From Candidatus Saccharimonadota bacterium (GTDB taxonomy: Bacteria > Patescibacteriota > Microgenomatia > UBA1406 > GWC2-37-13), in the NCBI GenBank assembly GCA_016700135.1, contig CP065004.1, forward strand, positions 1,080,001 to 1,112,000: a DNA stretch of 32,000 nt, in the 5' to 3' direction. This document shows, one piece after another, positions 7,428 to 16,286 of the stretch; position 1 is the first letter of the stretch, and the number at the start of each line of letters is the position of its first letter. A program made the position numbers and the translations under genes. Below the pieces are notes generated by a model that was given only the letters and a program-made list of their open reading frames with translations, was not told where the DNA came from and made no database searches.

Positions 7428-8024
7428 CTATCGCGGTGATATTTTATAAATATAGGTCTTGAACGTTTTTCCTTCCAATACTTTGTCCTGATATTTTCTC
7501 AGATAAGAGATCTGAAATCCATGGGCAATAATCGTTACATCCTGTTTTGTTTTTGTTAGCAGTTTATTCTTGAGCGTCTCAACAAGCTTAGGAAAAAGGA
7601 AAATATAAATATAGTCTGCCCCGGAAAAGTCAGTCATTTTTACGTCTTCATTTACAAATGAAATATTACGGAGCTTTTGCCAATAAGTAAGAAATTTGCC
7701 TTTCAGGAGTATAATCGGATTGATATCAACCCCTTTGCCTCTCACTCCATAGGTTTGAGCGGCATATCGAAGTACCCTTCCGTCTCCGCAGCCCACCTCG
7801 AGGAAATATGTACCTCTTTTCGGTACAATCTCATGAAGTATCCGTTTGTAATCCTCTGTTTTGGTGGCAACATAGGGAGCTCCGCGAAACCAGGATATGA
7901 TAAGAGAGATGATATAGATACTTGCCCAGATGAGAAAGATCAGAAGAGAGAGTACGGCGAGGAGATATAGGATGTCAGTAAGCATGGTAAGTATAGTATA
8001 ATATCTACATTCTTGAAGCTGCAT
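7428..8024 (-). CDS. Class I SAM-dependent methyltransferase with an N-terminal transmembrane helix
   Basis: Motif I is YFLEVGCGDGRVL and the post-I motif is GKGVDINP. The true start may be the internal ATG at 7985 (MLTDILYLL...), which is preceded by TATACT. Confidence 0.7.
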   Translation of the reverse strand: MQLQECRYYTILTMLTDILYLLAVLSLLIFLIWASIYIISLIISWFRGAPYVATKTEDYKRILHEIVPKRGTYFLEVGCGDGRVLRYAAQTYGVRGKGVDINPIILLKGKFLTYWQKLRNISFVNEDVKMTDFSGADYIYIFLFPKLVETLKNKLLTKTKQDVTIIAHGFQISYLRKYQDKVLEGKTFKTYIYKISPR

Positions 8025-8043
8025 AGAGATATTCTCTGTGTTT

Positions 8044-8115
8044 GCCCCTATAGCTTAAAGGATAGAGCACTGGTCTTCGGAACCAGTGATGGGGGTTCGA
8101 TTCCCTCTAGGGGCA
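8044..8115 (+). tRNA. tRNA-Arg (anticodon TCG)
   Basis: GCCCCTA TA GCTT AAAGGATA GAGC A CTGGT CTTCGGA ACCAG TGAT GGGGG TTCGATT CCCTC TAGGGGC A. No CCA is encoded. Confidence 0.9.
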
Positions 8116-8203
8116 CATGTGTTAGCGGATAGTCGTTAGCTTTTAGCTTCTAGATTTGAAGAAAAGTCTAATAGCTAATGGCTATAAGCTAATAGCTAGT
8201 TCA

Positions 8204-8275
8204 GGGTCCGTAGCTCAACGGTAGAGCAGTAGCCTCTTAAGCTATTGGTTCGGGGTTCGAATCCCCGCGGACTCA
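8204..8275 (+). tRNA. tRNA-Lys (anticodon CTT)
   Basis: GGGTCCG TA GCTC AACGGTA GAGC A GTAGC CTCTTAA GCTAT TGGTT CGGGG TTCGAAT CCCCG CGGACTC A. No CCA is encoded. Confidence 0.9.
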
Positions 8276-8295
8276 CAATAGATTATAATTTTTTC

Positions 8296-8889
8296 ATGCA
8301 GCACAAGATTCGTGTCCTTCTTACTCCAGGAGTAGCCGGTAATACTTCATATCTGGAGAGAAATACTGCTCATTGGACCAAGAAATATAATATTTATCCA
8401 GATTTCTATACCATCAACTTTCAAAGAGGAGCAGATGCAGAAGAGCAAAGAGAATTGTATTTTAAGAAGGTGGTAGACACGAAAGCTCAGTTTTTGATTG
8501 CTGTTAGCGGATCTGGTTTGCTGGCGTTGGAAGCGTTGAAGGTGTATACCGAGCAGTTAAAAGGCGCCATTCTTATTTCTACTCGTCTTCGGCCGGGATA
8601 TTTTGCACCTCTCGCGTATCTATATACCCTTCTCCGATATCCGATTTACTTTTCCTATCTTCGATCACACAGTAAAACATTAGAAAATTTGCCTGCAGAG
8701 CGCGTGATGACTATGTATTCGTTATGGGATGAAGTAGTTCCGCCATCGACAGTAAAAATCAAAAACGCATACAACTTTAAAATGAAGCGCAGACCTAAAC
8801 AATGGCCATTCCATAATTACTTTTCATGGTATTCAGTAAAGGACTATGAAAAAGAGATAATTGAATACATAAAAAAGTCTTCTATTTAG
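8296..8889 (+). CDS. Hypothetical protein, possibly alpha/beta-hydrolase-like
   Basis: The track start at 8245 lies inside tRNA-Lys. The ATG at 8296 lies 6 nt after TATAAT (8284-8289). Possible Ser (AVSGSG), Asp (WDEVVP) and His (PFHNY) triad; this is weak. Confidence 0.45.
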   Translation: MQHKIRVLLTPGVAGNTSYLERNTAHWTKKYNIYPDFYTINFQRGADAEEQRELYFKKVVDTKAQFLIAVSGSGLLALEALKVYTEQLKGAILISTRLRPGYFAPLAYLYTLLRYPIYFSYLRSHSKTLENLPAERVMTMYSLWDEVVPPSTVKIKNAYNFKMKRRPKQWPFHNYFSWYSVKDYEKEIIEYIKKSSI

Positions 8890-8922
8890 TTTGCTAACTT
8901 ATCGTTTTTGATATAATTGAGC

Positions 8923-9513
8923 ATGTCAGAAATAATCCGTGCAGTTGAACTAATTAGGCCGCAGGTCGAATTTGTATATTTTGACTTGGGTGGAGTTGTC
9001 TTCAATTTTTCAGGAGGTATACAGGCAATATCAGAAAGACTTCAGGCGCCTGAGAACGAAATTTCTGCTATGTGGAGACGGTATGATGACGCCATTTGTA
9101 GAGGTGATTTACATCCACAGGAATTTTGGGAAATATTGAACAATTCGTTCGGTACATTTGTGGAATTAGATTTCCTAACATTCTGGATGGATCATTTCTC
9201 ACCGATAGATTCAACTCATCAGGCAATGCGTGAGCTCTCTTCTTCAGGAATGAATGTGGGCATTTTGTCGAATATATATCCGGGTGTTTATGAAAAAGCA
9301 CTTGAACGCGGAGTTATTCCTGATTTGCCATACAGTGCCGTAATCAGATCGTGCGAAGTGGGGTTAGTAAAGCCTGATCCGCAAATATTTCACTATGCAG
9401 CTGAAACAAGCGGATACCGAGCTCAGCAAATTCTCCTTATTGATGATCGGAGCGAGAATATCCAAGGGGCAGATGCGGCAGGATGGAACTCATTTCAATT
9501 TGTGCAGGAATAA
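8923..9513 (+). CDS. HAD-superfamily hydrolase (subfamily IA-like)
   Basis: Motif I is YFDLGGVVFNF (DxG) and the C-terminal motif is LLIDDRSENIQGADAAGW. The ATG at 8923 lies 5 nt after TGaTATAAT (8909-8917). The track TTG at 8917 overlaps the -10 box. Confidence 0.75.
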   Translation: MSEIIRAVELIRPQVEFVYFDLGGVVFNFSGGIQAISERLQAPENEISAMWRRYDDAICRGDLHPQEFWEILNNSFGTFVELDFLTFWMDHFSPIDSTHQAMRELSSSGMNVGILSNIYPGVYEKALERGVIPDLPYSAVIRSCEVGLVKPDPQIFHYAAETSGYRAQQILLIDDRSENIQGADAAGWNSFQFVQE

Positions 9514-9618
9514 AATTTCTTACTGATTAAGTTCCTCCAATATCTTATTTATTTCCTTTTGAGTAAGTGCAATCCAGGGTGAACTGTCGGCATTGGCATT
9601 TCGAAAGACACAGTTGCT

Positions 9619-9647
9619 TTGACAATCTCCATTGCCGGTCCTATAAT
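9619..9647 (+). promoter_or_regulatory. Consensus promoter: TTGACA, 17-nt spacer, TATAAT
   Basis: TTGACA at 9619-9624 and TATAAT at 9642-9647. The ATG at 9658 is 10 nt downstream. Confidence 0.6.
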
Positions 9648-9657
9648 ACTGGGCATT

Positions 9658-10275
9658 ATGAAAAGACCTGAATTTGAAGGCGGTATTCCCCGCTCCTTAC
9701 TTAGCCGCGAAGATTCACGGGAAGTCTTACAAACAATGTACGGACAGTTCTCAGGATCCGTTCTTCATTCAGTTCAACTCAAAGATCCGAATGCTCCCCT
9801 TGACATTGTGACCTTCGGTGAAAACTGGTTCCAGCTATTTCAAACCCGTTCTGAACCCAAAAACGCACAGGAAAGAGCTATCCAGGAAGCAACGAGAAAC
9901 ATGGATTCAAGAATGTTCGGTCCTGCCTTTTTCGGAGATATGTGGCAGATTATGGAGCGTCAGCAAGGATATACGATAAGACATTTATTAGCTGATCTTC
10001 AGGCAGGCGTACAGGCCGGCTCACTTGATCCTCGAATACTAGAAAAACTTGCAGTTCTGGATCTTTCAGAAACAGACCCGATGCTGCGAGAGTCAGATTT
10101 TTCCGGTCCGGAAGATACTCCGTGGGGTGAAAACGGCATTCTTCCGGGTACAGGTACATTGATTTATCATATTACAAGTGGCTATCCGAGAATGATGGTT
10201 GAACATATGTCAGGCAGTAGTGATGATGACATCTCAGCTACTTTCTTCGGATTCGGACCCATGAAATGGGAATAA
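9658..10275 (+). CDS. Hypothetical protein (orphan cassette 1, gene A)
   Basis: ORF only. The track TTG start at 9619 is the -35 box, and the first ATG is at 9658 (MKRPEFEGG...). No recognisable domain. Confidence 0.5.
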   Translation: MKRPEFEGGIPRSLLSREDSREVLQTMYGQFSGSVLHSVQLKDPNAPLDIVTFGENWFQLFQTRSEPKNAQERAIQEATRNMDSRMFGPAFFGDMWQIMERQQGYTIRHLLADLQAGVQAGSLDPRILEKLAVLDLSETDPMLRESDFSGPEDTPWGENGILPGTGTLIYHITSGYPRMMVEHMSGSSDDDISATFFGFGPMKWE

Positions 10276-10279
10276 TCCT

Positions 10280-10657
10280 ATGGTAGAAAAAAGACCGGCT
10301 TGCTGGATACGCGGAAGTATGAGTCCTTCTGATTATGAAGATGATGAGATACGTCGGATGACCCATGAATGTCCTCACAGAAAACCGACAGGATGGTCAC
10401 TCTTCGGAGCAACAAATGAATGTTATCATCCCGGAGCTATGAGTGAACATACGGATGAACAGGGAAACACAGAGTATGTGATGTTGGGAGGGGTTGACGG
10501 ATATGCTACTTTTTGCCAAGCAGTGGATAGTCACCTCACTTCACTCGGAGAACCCTCACGTTTGTATATTGATGCGGAATACACAGTTTTGGATGCAACT
10601 CCGATTGTTGACGACCAGAATCTATTGACGATGAGTGGCGATGAAGAAACGGAGTAA
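10280..10657 (+). CDS. Hypothetical acidic protein with a CxH-x14-CxH motif (orphan cassette 1, gene B)
   Basis: ORF starting 4 nt after the stop of gene A. The motif lies in THECPHRKPTGWSLFGATNECYHPG. Confidence 0.45.
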   Translation: MVEKRPACWIRGSMSPSDYEDDEIRRMTHECPHRKPTGWSLFGATNECYHPGAMSEHTDEQGNTEYVMLGGVDGYATFCQAVDSHLTSLGEPSRLYIDAEYTVLDATPIVDDQNLLTMSGDEETE

Positions 10658-10662
10658 AGAAA

Positions 10663-11952
10663 TCACTCGTTCTTGTGTATCAGAAGTTTGTCGACACGAT
10701 TGCCGTCCATATCCGCAACTTCAAGACTGTAACCGTCCACTTCTACCTTATCTCCCGTCACGGGTACTCTTCCCAGTTCATTCATCACGAATCCCCCTAT
10801 CGTGTTATAAAGTTCCTCTTCTTCTTCGGGCAGTTCCTGCAGCTGAAAATATTCTTTGAAGTCTACGGTAGATACTAATCCGTCCACAAACCAAGTGTTT
10901 TTGTTTCTTCGGAGGATCATTGAGTCTTCCTGCTCATTGATATCGGGTATATCTCCGACTATTGATTCAAGAATATCTGTCAGGGTCAGAATTCCTTGTA
11001 CATTGCCATACTCATCGATAATAATGCCCAAATGAATCCTCATCCGTTTGAAAAGTTCTAAAGCGTCAAGTACTTTCTTATTCTCAGGAATCAGAAGCGG
11101 CTTGTGGAGAAGACTTTTCAGATCCAGTTTCCTTCCCCGTTTTTCAATTGTTTCCGCTAAAAAGGAATCCGTCCTCAGTACTCCGATTATGTTGTCCAGT
11201 TCTCCGTCGGAGACGGGAAAGTATGAATACTGATTTTCCAGAATCGTATCCGTTAATACTTTATCTGAATCTTTGATATCCAGCCAGACAACTTTGTTAC
11301 GCGCTTTCATAAGAGAAGTCACCTTGGCGTCGCCGATATTCAGTACCTTTTCGACAATATTTTTTTCCACCGCTTCAAAAACGCCCATCTGTGCACCTTC
11401 CTGGATCAGAAGACGTATTTCTTCTTCACTTACCGGTAGCTTCTTTTTGGCTTTCAGGTGAAAGGTATCCATCACGAAATCAGTTGATTCTGACAGAATG
11501 TTAATAAACGGATTGAAAATACGTGCGATGTTGTACATCGGACCGGCTACCATCAGCGTGATCTTTTCGGCAAAATTCATCCCCAAACGTTTCGGAACAA
11601 GTTCACTGATAACCAGCGACAAATAAGTCACAAATACGACAATAATTCCGAAACCGAGAGAATCGGCAATCCCCTGCGAAAGTCCCATCCTGAAAAAAAG
11701 ATTAGATAACGGATCCGAAAGTGTCACGCCGCTGAGGGCACCGGTCAGAATTCCGATAAGCGTGATTCCCACCTGTACGGTTGAGAAAAAACGGTTCGGG
11801 TTTTCCGCCATCTGTAGTGCGATTTCAGCGCTCAGATTTCCTTCAGAAGCCAGATGTTTCAGTTTTGATTTTTTCACTGAAATCAAGGCCACTTCTGCCA
11901 TAGAGAGGAAACCGTTAAGTAAAATAAGCGCAAAGATAAAAAGCAATTCCAT
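10663..11952 (-). CDS. CNNM/DUF21-CBS-CorC_HlyC family membrane protein (hemolysin/TlyC-like)
   Basis: The N-terminus reads MELLFIFALILLNGFLSMAEVALISV, CBS-like pairs lie in the middle, and the C-terminal CorC_HlyC-like region reads GGFVMNELGRVPVTGDKVEVDGYSLEVADMDGNRVDKLLI. The track start at 12072 overlaps obg. The ATG at 11952 lies downstream of TGaTATAAT (11974-11966, minus strand). Confidence 0.8.
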   Translation of the reverse strand: MELLFIFALILLNGFLSMAEVALISVKKSKLKHLASEGNLSAEIALQMAENPNRFFSTVQVGITLIGILTGALSGVTLSDPLSNLFFRMGLSQGIADSLGFGIIVVFVTYLSLVISELVPKRLGMNFAEKITLMVAGPMYNIARIFNPFINILSESTDFVMDTFHLKAKKKLPVSEEEIRLLIQEGAQMGVFEAVEKNIVEKVLNIGDAKVTSLMKARNKVVWLDIKDSDKVLTDTILENQYSYFPVSDGELDNIIGVLRTDSFLAETIEKRGRKLDLKSLLHKPLLIPENKKVLDALELFKRMRIHLGIIIDEYGNVQGILTLTDILESIVGDIPDINEQEDSMILRRNKNTWFVDGLVSTVDFKEYFQLQELPEEEEELYNTIGGFVMNELGRVPVTGDKVEVDGYSLEVADMDGNRVDKLLIHKNE

Positions 11953-12050
11953 AGTAATGCTGTTCATTATATCAAAGATAGATGAATAACTGGTCATGAC
12001 TATCTTTCTTGTGTGGATATTTGTATAGATCCAATCTATAATATCAGCAT

Positions 12051-13007
12051 ATGTTTGTCGATGAAGTAACAATAAAAGTAAAAGCGGGAAACGGTGGCCG
12101 CGGAGCTGTCACATTTTTTCCGATGAGGAAAGGTCCGAGCGGGGGTCCCGGAGGAAACGGCGGTAGTGTTTTTGTCGAAGCTGATCCCCAAATGGCAGAC
12201 CTTCATAAGTATGTGGGGGCAAAAATGCACAAAGCCGAAAATGGCCGACCTGGCCAAAATTTTCGAAAAAACGGTAGTGACGGTGAGGATAAAATTCTGA
12301 AAGTTCCAGTAGGGACATTGTTTACTGATCTTGAAACGGGATACGAAATTGAAGTAAATGAAACGGGAAGACAGTATTTATTGGCACGGGGCGGAAACGG
12401 CGGACGGGGTAACAGCTCATTTGCAACACCGTCTCATCAGGTTCCGCGCGAGTACGAACCCGGCACTCCCGGTCAGGAAAAAGAATATCGTACGGTACTT
12501 CGGCTTATTGCTGATTTCGGATTGGTGGGTTTGCCGAATGCAGGGAAGAGCAGTTTGCTCAATGAATTGACTGCTGCAAAAGTGCGGACCGCAATGTATG
12601 CTTTTACGACACTTGAACCGAATCTCGGAGTGTTTGAAACAAGCGTTATCGCGGATATTCCGGGACTAATCGAAGGCGCATCGCAGGGAAAGGGTTTAGG
12701 ATTCAAGTTTTTGAAGCATGTCGAGAAGGTACCGGTCATCCTGCATTGTATTGCTGCCGATTCCGCCGATATTGAGAAAGACTACAAAACCGTGATGCAT
12801 GAGCTTGAAAATTACAACCCTGCCGTTGCGGCAAAAGATCAAACGATCATACTGACCAAAACGGATCTTGTATCTCCGGACAAACAGAAGGATTTAATGA
12901 AAATGCTAACAAAGTTTCAGAAAGAAGTCATTCCAGTCTCTATCTACAATCCTGAACAGTTTGAAAAACTGCAGCAATATCTTCGGAATCATTCCTCACG
13001 TACATAA
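12051..13007 (+). CDS. obg: GTPase Obg/CgtA (short form)
   Basis: MFVDEVTIKVKAGNGGRGAVTF...GGPGGNGGSVF is the Obg fold. G1 motif GLPNAGKSSL, G3 motif DIPGLIEGA, G4 motif TKTD. Confidence 0.9.
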   Translation: MFVDEVTIKVKAGNGGRGAVTFFPMRKGPSGGPGGNGGSVFVEADPQMADLHKYVGAKMHKAENGRPGQNFRKNGSDGEDKILKVPVGTLFTDLETGYEIEVNETGRQYLLARGGNGGRGNSSFATPSHQVPREYEPGTPGQEKEYRTVLRLIADFGLVGLPNAGKSSLLNELTAAKVRTAMYAFTTLEPNLGVFETSVIADIPGLIEGASQGKGLGFKFLKHVEKVPVILHCIAADSADIEKDYKTVMHELENYNPAVAAKDQTIILTKTDLVSPDKQKDLMKMLTKFQKEVIPVSIYNPEQFEKLQQYLRNHSSRT

Positions 13008-14047
13008 GGAGCAAGAATTTCACGCGCATCCGTAATTGTCTTCATACGCATCAACTTGTCCCGCAACGCGGCGGAATGGTCAAATCCTTTGATATACCAG
13101 GCCATATGTTTTCTTAAAGAAACGAAATGGCCATCCGGAAGGAGCTTCTCAAAAACCTCTGCATGTTCAAGCGCAGTTCTTATCCGAAGTTGCGTATCCG
13201 CTTCCATTTCTCTGAAAATCCAGGGGTTGCCGAATGTAGCTCTTCCGATAAGTACTCCGTCTAGTCCGTACGTCTGAATTTTTTCTCTGGCATACGGCAC
13301 GGAGAGGACATCGCCGTTCCCCATCAACTTTATCCCGACGGTGTGTGCTATTTCCGCCGCTTTCCCGATTTCTTCCCAGTTTGCTTTGCCTGTATACATC
13401 TGCTCAAGCGTGCGGCCATGAACTGTGATTGTCACGGGCTGAGCCTGGGTCAGGTTCTTGATCCATTCCGTTGTTACTATTTTTTCATATCCGATTCTGG
13501 TCTTCACGGATACTGGTATCAGTGATCTGTCACCTTTTGTCTGATGCCTCTCCTGAAGATATCTGACATGACTGATGACTTCGCCGGTGACTCCTGCCTC
13601 TTCCATCGTTTTTCCCCGGCTCCAGTCCAGTATGGCCTGCTTGACGGTAGTAATAATCTTTACGGCATGTTTCGGAGATTTTATCAGTCCGGCACCAGCG
13701 CCCCTTTTGGTGACTGCCCGGTCGGGACAGCCCATATTAATATCAATGCCGTCAAACCCAAGTTCAGCCGCTACAAAAGCAGAAGAATAAAAGGCATCCA
13801 GTTCCCGACCGTAGATCTGTGCCAAGGTCGGAGTGTCAGTCGGGTGATGCACAAAACTATGAAGTATTTGCACGGCAGATCGCGCGATACCCTCGACAGG
13901 GACAAACTCAGTGAAGAGCAGATCCGGCCGGCCGTGGATGTCCGTGATATATCGGAATGCGGCATCAGTCACCCCGTCCATAGGTGATTGACCGATTATA
14001 GATTTCTTGTCCCAAACGGTATTCATAAGGTGTTTATTATAAAACAT
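12989..14047 (-). CDS. dus: tRNA-dihydrouridine synthase
   Basis: SPMDGVTDAAFRYI, IDINMGCP and a TIM-barrel-like Dus layout. The alternative ATG at 14026 lies 9 nt downstream of TATAAT (14041-14036, minus strand) and may be the true start. Confidence 0.85.
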   Translation of the reverse strand: MFYNKHLMNTVWDKKSIIGQSPMDGVTDAAFRYITDIHGRPDLLFTEFVPVEGIARSAVQILHSFVHHPTDTPTLAQIYGRELDAFYSSAFVAAELGFDGIDINMGCPDRAVTKRGAGAGLIKSPKHAVKIITTVKQAILDWSRGKTMEEAGVTGEVISHVRYLQERHQTKGDRSLIPVSVKTRIGYEKIVTTEWIKNLTQAQPVTITVHGRTLEQMYTGKANWEEIGKAAEIAHTVGIKLMGNGDVLSVPYAREKIQTYGLDGVLIGRATFGNPWIFREMEADTQLRIRTALEHAEVFEKLLPDGHFVSLRKHMAWYIKGFDHSAALRDKLMRMKTITDAREILAPYVREE

Positions 14048-14095
14048 TTACACATTGTTGGCATTTCGTTTATATACTTCAGCGATAATAACATC

Positions 14096-14605
14096 ATGAA
14101 ATCTGCAGGTACCCTATACAGCAATTCAGACGATGAAGCTCCGAAAGAAAAAACGGGAATTACGGGAAAGAAAACAGAAGTAGAAAAACTGGAAGAAACC
14201 CTGGAAGGTTCACACAACATTCTGTTCCGCTGTAAATCAGTATTCCCGTTTGATTTTTTTCCCGATGAAGTCATTATTGACGAAAATAAAATCGATGTAC
14301 GGCACGGACTTTTTTTTGCCAGCACCCAGACGACATCCATTCCGTATAAAAATATCGTGAAGGCATCATCAATAACCGGACTGTTTTTTGCTACGCTTCA
14401 AATCGAAATGGAAATCTATGTTCAGCAGCCTGATCCGATCCACTATCTTTGGAGACATGACGCGATTAAAGCACGTCGTATTATTAACGGTCTGGTGTCT
14501 GCTTATAAACAAGGAATCGATTTCAGAAAGGTAAATATGCGCGGAGCCGCGGGTGAGATAGAAGAAATCGGTAAAGCATCCGTTCCCTCACAAGATAAGA
14601 GTTAG
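14096..14605 (+). CDS. Hypothetical protein
   Basis: The track start at 13988 overlaps dus. The ATG at 14096 lies 6 nt after GATAAT (14084-14089). No confident domain call. Confidence 0.45.
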   Translation: MKSAGTLYSNSDDEAPKEKTGITGKKTEVEKLEETLEGSHNILFRCKSVFPFDFFPDEVIIDENKIDVRHGLFFASTQTTSIPYKNIVKASSITGLFFATLQIEMEIYVQQPDPIHYLWRHDAIKARRIINGLVSAYKQGIDFRKVNMRGAAGEIEEIGKASVPSQDKS

Positions 14606-16236
14606 ACGATCTCCTCTTTTTTCTGCCTGACAAATGTGATCCACTCCTCTATTACTTCAATAATGAGTTTGAACGGAGCCTCAATAATAAAATCGAAAAG
14701 CACAATAAAAAAATTAATCTTCGATACGCCTTCGCTGAACAGTTTTCCGAGTGAGAGGATCGGCATAAAAAAGAAATCGACAACCGGCGAAAAGAAACTC
14801 CCCTTTTCAGTCAGACGGTACATATTGGCAATCTGCTTGATACGATAGGCAAAGAACGCTACAACACTGATAAAAAAGATAAACAGCGCCTCACTCAGCA
14901 AATTGAAATGGACGAGTTTCAGCATAAGATGAATAAGATAGAGCGTCACGACAAACGTGGAAATGTACAATAAACTGAATCCGAAAAGCAGGATCGGTCG
15001 TTTGTTCTTTACCTTTTTCGTGATAAAAGCCGTCGTTTTCTCAAAAGATGAATCCCTGTCTATGATGTCGACAATCCGGAAAAACAAACGCTTCGTATTG
15101 CCATCTCCCGGAACTGAGACACTCAAAATGATTAGTAGCATAAATATCGGCGGCGCCAAACTGTTGATCCCTATGGCAAGATAATTGACGTGATTGTAAA
15201 GAATCTGAGATACCGGGACTTCCAGAATGAGTGCAAAAACCATTTTCGTAATGAAAATGTAAATCAAACTCCGGAAGGCAAGAACATTGAGACGGGATCT
15301 GACCTGTGCATACTTGTCTCTGGCAACCTGTTCCACTTTTGCCCAGAGTTTATTTTTGTCCGTAAACAGTTCCTTCAGGTCACCTTTGGTTTCGCGAATG
15401 ATTGAAAAGATGATAAGAAACGGAGGAAGCTGTTTCCTGACAAACCGAACCAGCTTGTCAACGGTAGGATTGGCAATCAGCTGATCAATCTTTTTAAAAA
15501 TATCAGGAAGCTTCGTAAGAAGGCTTTCAAGCTCTTTTTCCGAATATGCGGAAAGCGGCTTGTAGAAGAGCTGGAACAAATGATACCTCTGATATGCCTG
15601 ATCACTTTTTCGGTAAGCTTTTTCTATCGCAATAAAAAGAAAGGTATCCTTCTGCGAATCTTTTACATCCTCGATTTTTACCTTTTCCTTAAGTGTCTGG
15701 AAAATATAGTATCCGAAATCAGCTTCCTTTTGTGATTCTGCCGGAGTCAAAAACTCTTCAATTTCGGCGGTAATGAGTTCAACTAAAAAATCGGCAATAA
15801 AGTTTTTGGAGCTGCTTTTCCGGCCGTGAAGAAGCCGGCTGCGGATATAAATATACTTATTGATAATAGCCTGAATGTCCCGGATGTCCTGTTCACCGAG
15901 TGATCCGTTCGGGAAATAGCGTGCCCACATAAGTTCTCTGAGGACATTTTCCGCTTCGTTCTTCCCCTGGGGATTCAGTGAAAGACGTCGCTTCAATATG
16001 CGCTCAATAGCTGCTCTTCTGATAAGGTGATCTTCACGGTACTCAATGGCATTTCTGACTTTTTCATATGCAAGCGCTAAAAATGATACCGTTTGTGAAA
16101 CAGTCAGTTTTGAGAATTCGTCTGTCGGCGGACGTCCTTTTATTTTGCTTAGAGCATCAAGCAGTTTTGCCGTGACCTGTGAAAGCTCAATTTGCGGATT
16201 CTGTCTGGTTCCCTGATTTTCTTCTTGTTCTGGCAT
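14602..16236 (-). CDS. Large hypothetical membrane protein (soluble helical N-terminal half, multi-TM C-terminal half)
   Basis: 544-aa ORF with several long hydrophobic segments after about aa 300. An AAGGA SD-like motif at 16240-16244 lies 3 nt from the ATG. Confidence 0.55.
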   Translation of the reverse strand: MPEQEENQGTRQNPQIELSQVTAKLLDALSKIKGRPPTDEFSKLTVSQTVSFLALAYEKVRNAIEYREDHLIRRAAIERILKRRLSLNPQGKNEAENVLRELMWARYFPNGSLGEQDIRDIQAIINKYIYIRSRLLHGRKSSSKNFIADFLVELITAEIEEFLTPAESQKEADFGYYIFQTLKEKVKIEDVKDSQKDTFLFIAIEKAYRKSDQAYQRYHLFQLFYKPLSAYSEKELESLLTKLPDIFKKIDQLIANPTVDKLVRFVRKQLPPFLIIFSIIRETKGDLKELFTDKNKLWAKVEQVARDKYAQVRSRLNVLAFRSLIYIFITKMVFALILEVPVSQILYNHVNYLAIGINSLAPPIFMLLIILSVSVPGDGNTKRLFFRIVDIIDRDSSFEKTTAFITKKVKNKRPILLFGFSLLYISTFVVTLYLIHLMLKLVHFNLLSEALFIFFISVVAFFAYRIKQIANMYRLTEKGSFFSPVVDFFFMPILSLGKLFSEGVSKINFFIVLFDFIIEAPFKLIIEVIEEWITFVRQKKEEIV

Positions 16237-16286
16237 AATTCCTTGTGAAATGTCCCATTATACTCCATATGGGCAGTTTATTGGAC

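Noticed and set aside
8245-8295. The N-terminal extension of the 8245-8889 ORF (MVRGSNPRGLTIDYNFF).
   Set aside because: It overlaps the 3' half of tRNA-Lys; GSNPRG is the translated T-arm. The ATG at 8296, behind a TATAAT box, is the plausible start.
9521-9696. A minus-strand open frame ending ...SPWIALTQKEINKILEELNQ-stop in the HAD/orphan-cassette spacer, possibly a gene remnant.
   Set aside because: It has no start codon in frame and is shorter than 60 aa. It overlaps the consensus promoter and the start of the plus-strand gene, and I recognise no family. There is insufficient evidence.
11953-12072. The long N-terminal extension of the CNNM gene, which overlaps the obg start.
   Set aside because: The extension contains the TGaTATAAT promoter element and the obg promoter region. 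CNNM/DUF21 proteins normally begin at the first TM helix (MELLFIFALILLNG...).
13544-13987. A 147-aa plus-strand ORF, plus other ORFs antisense to dus.
   Set aside because: It lies entirely within and antisense to a well-supported tRNA-dihydrouridine synthase gene, and has no recognisable features.
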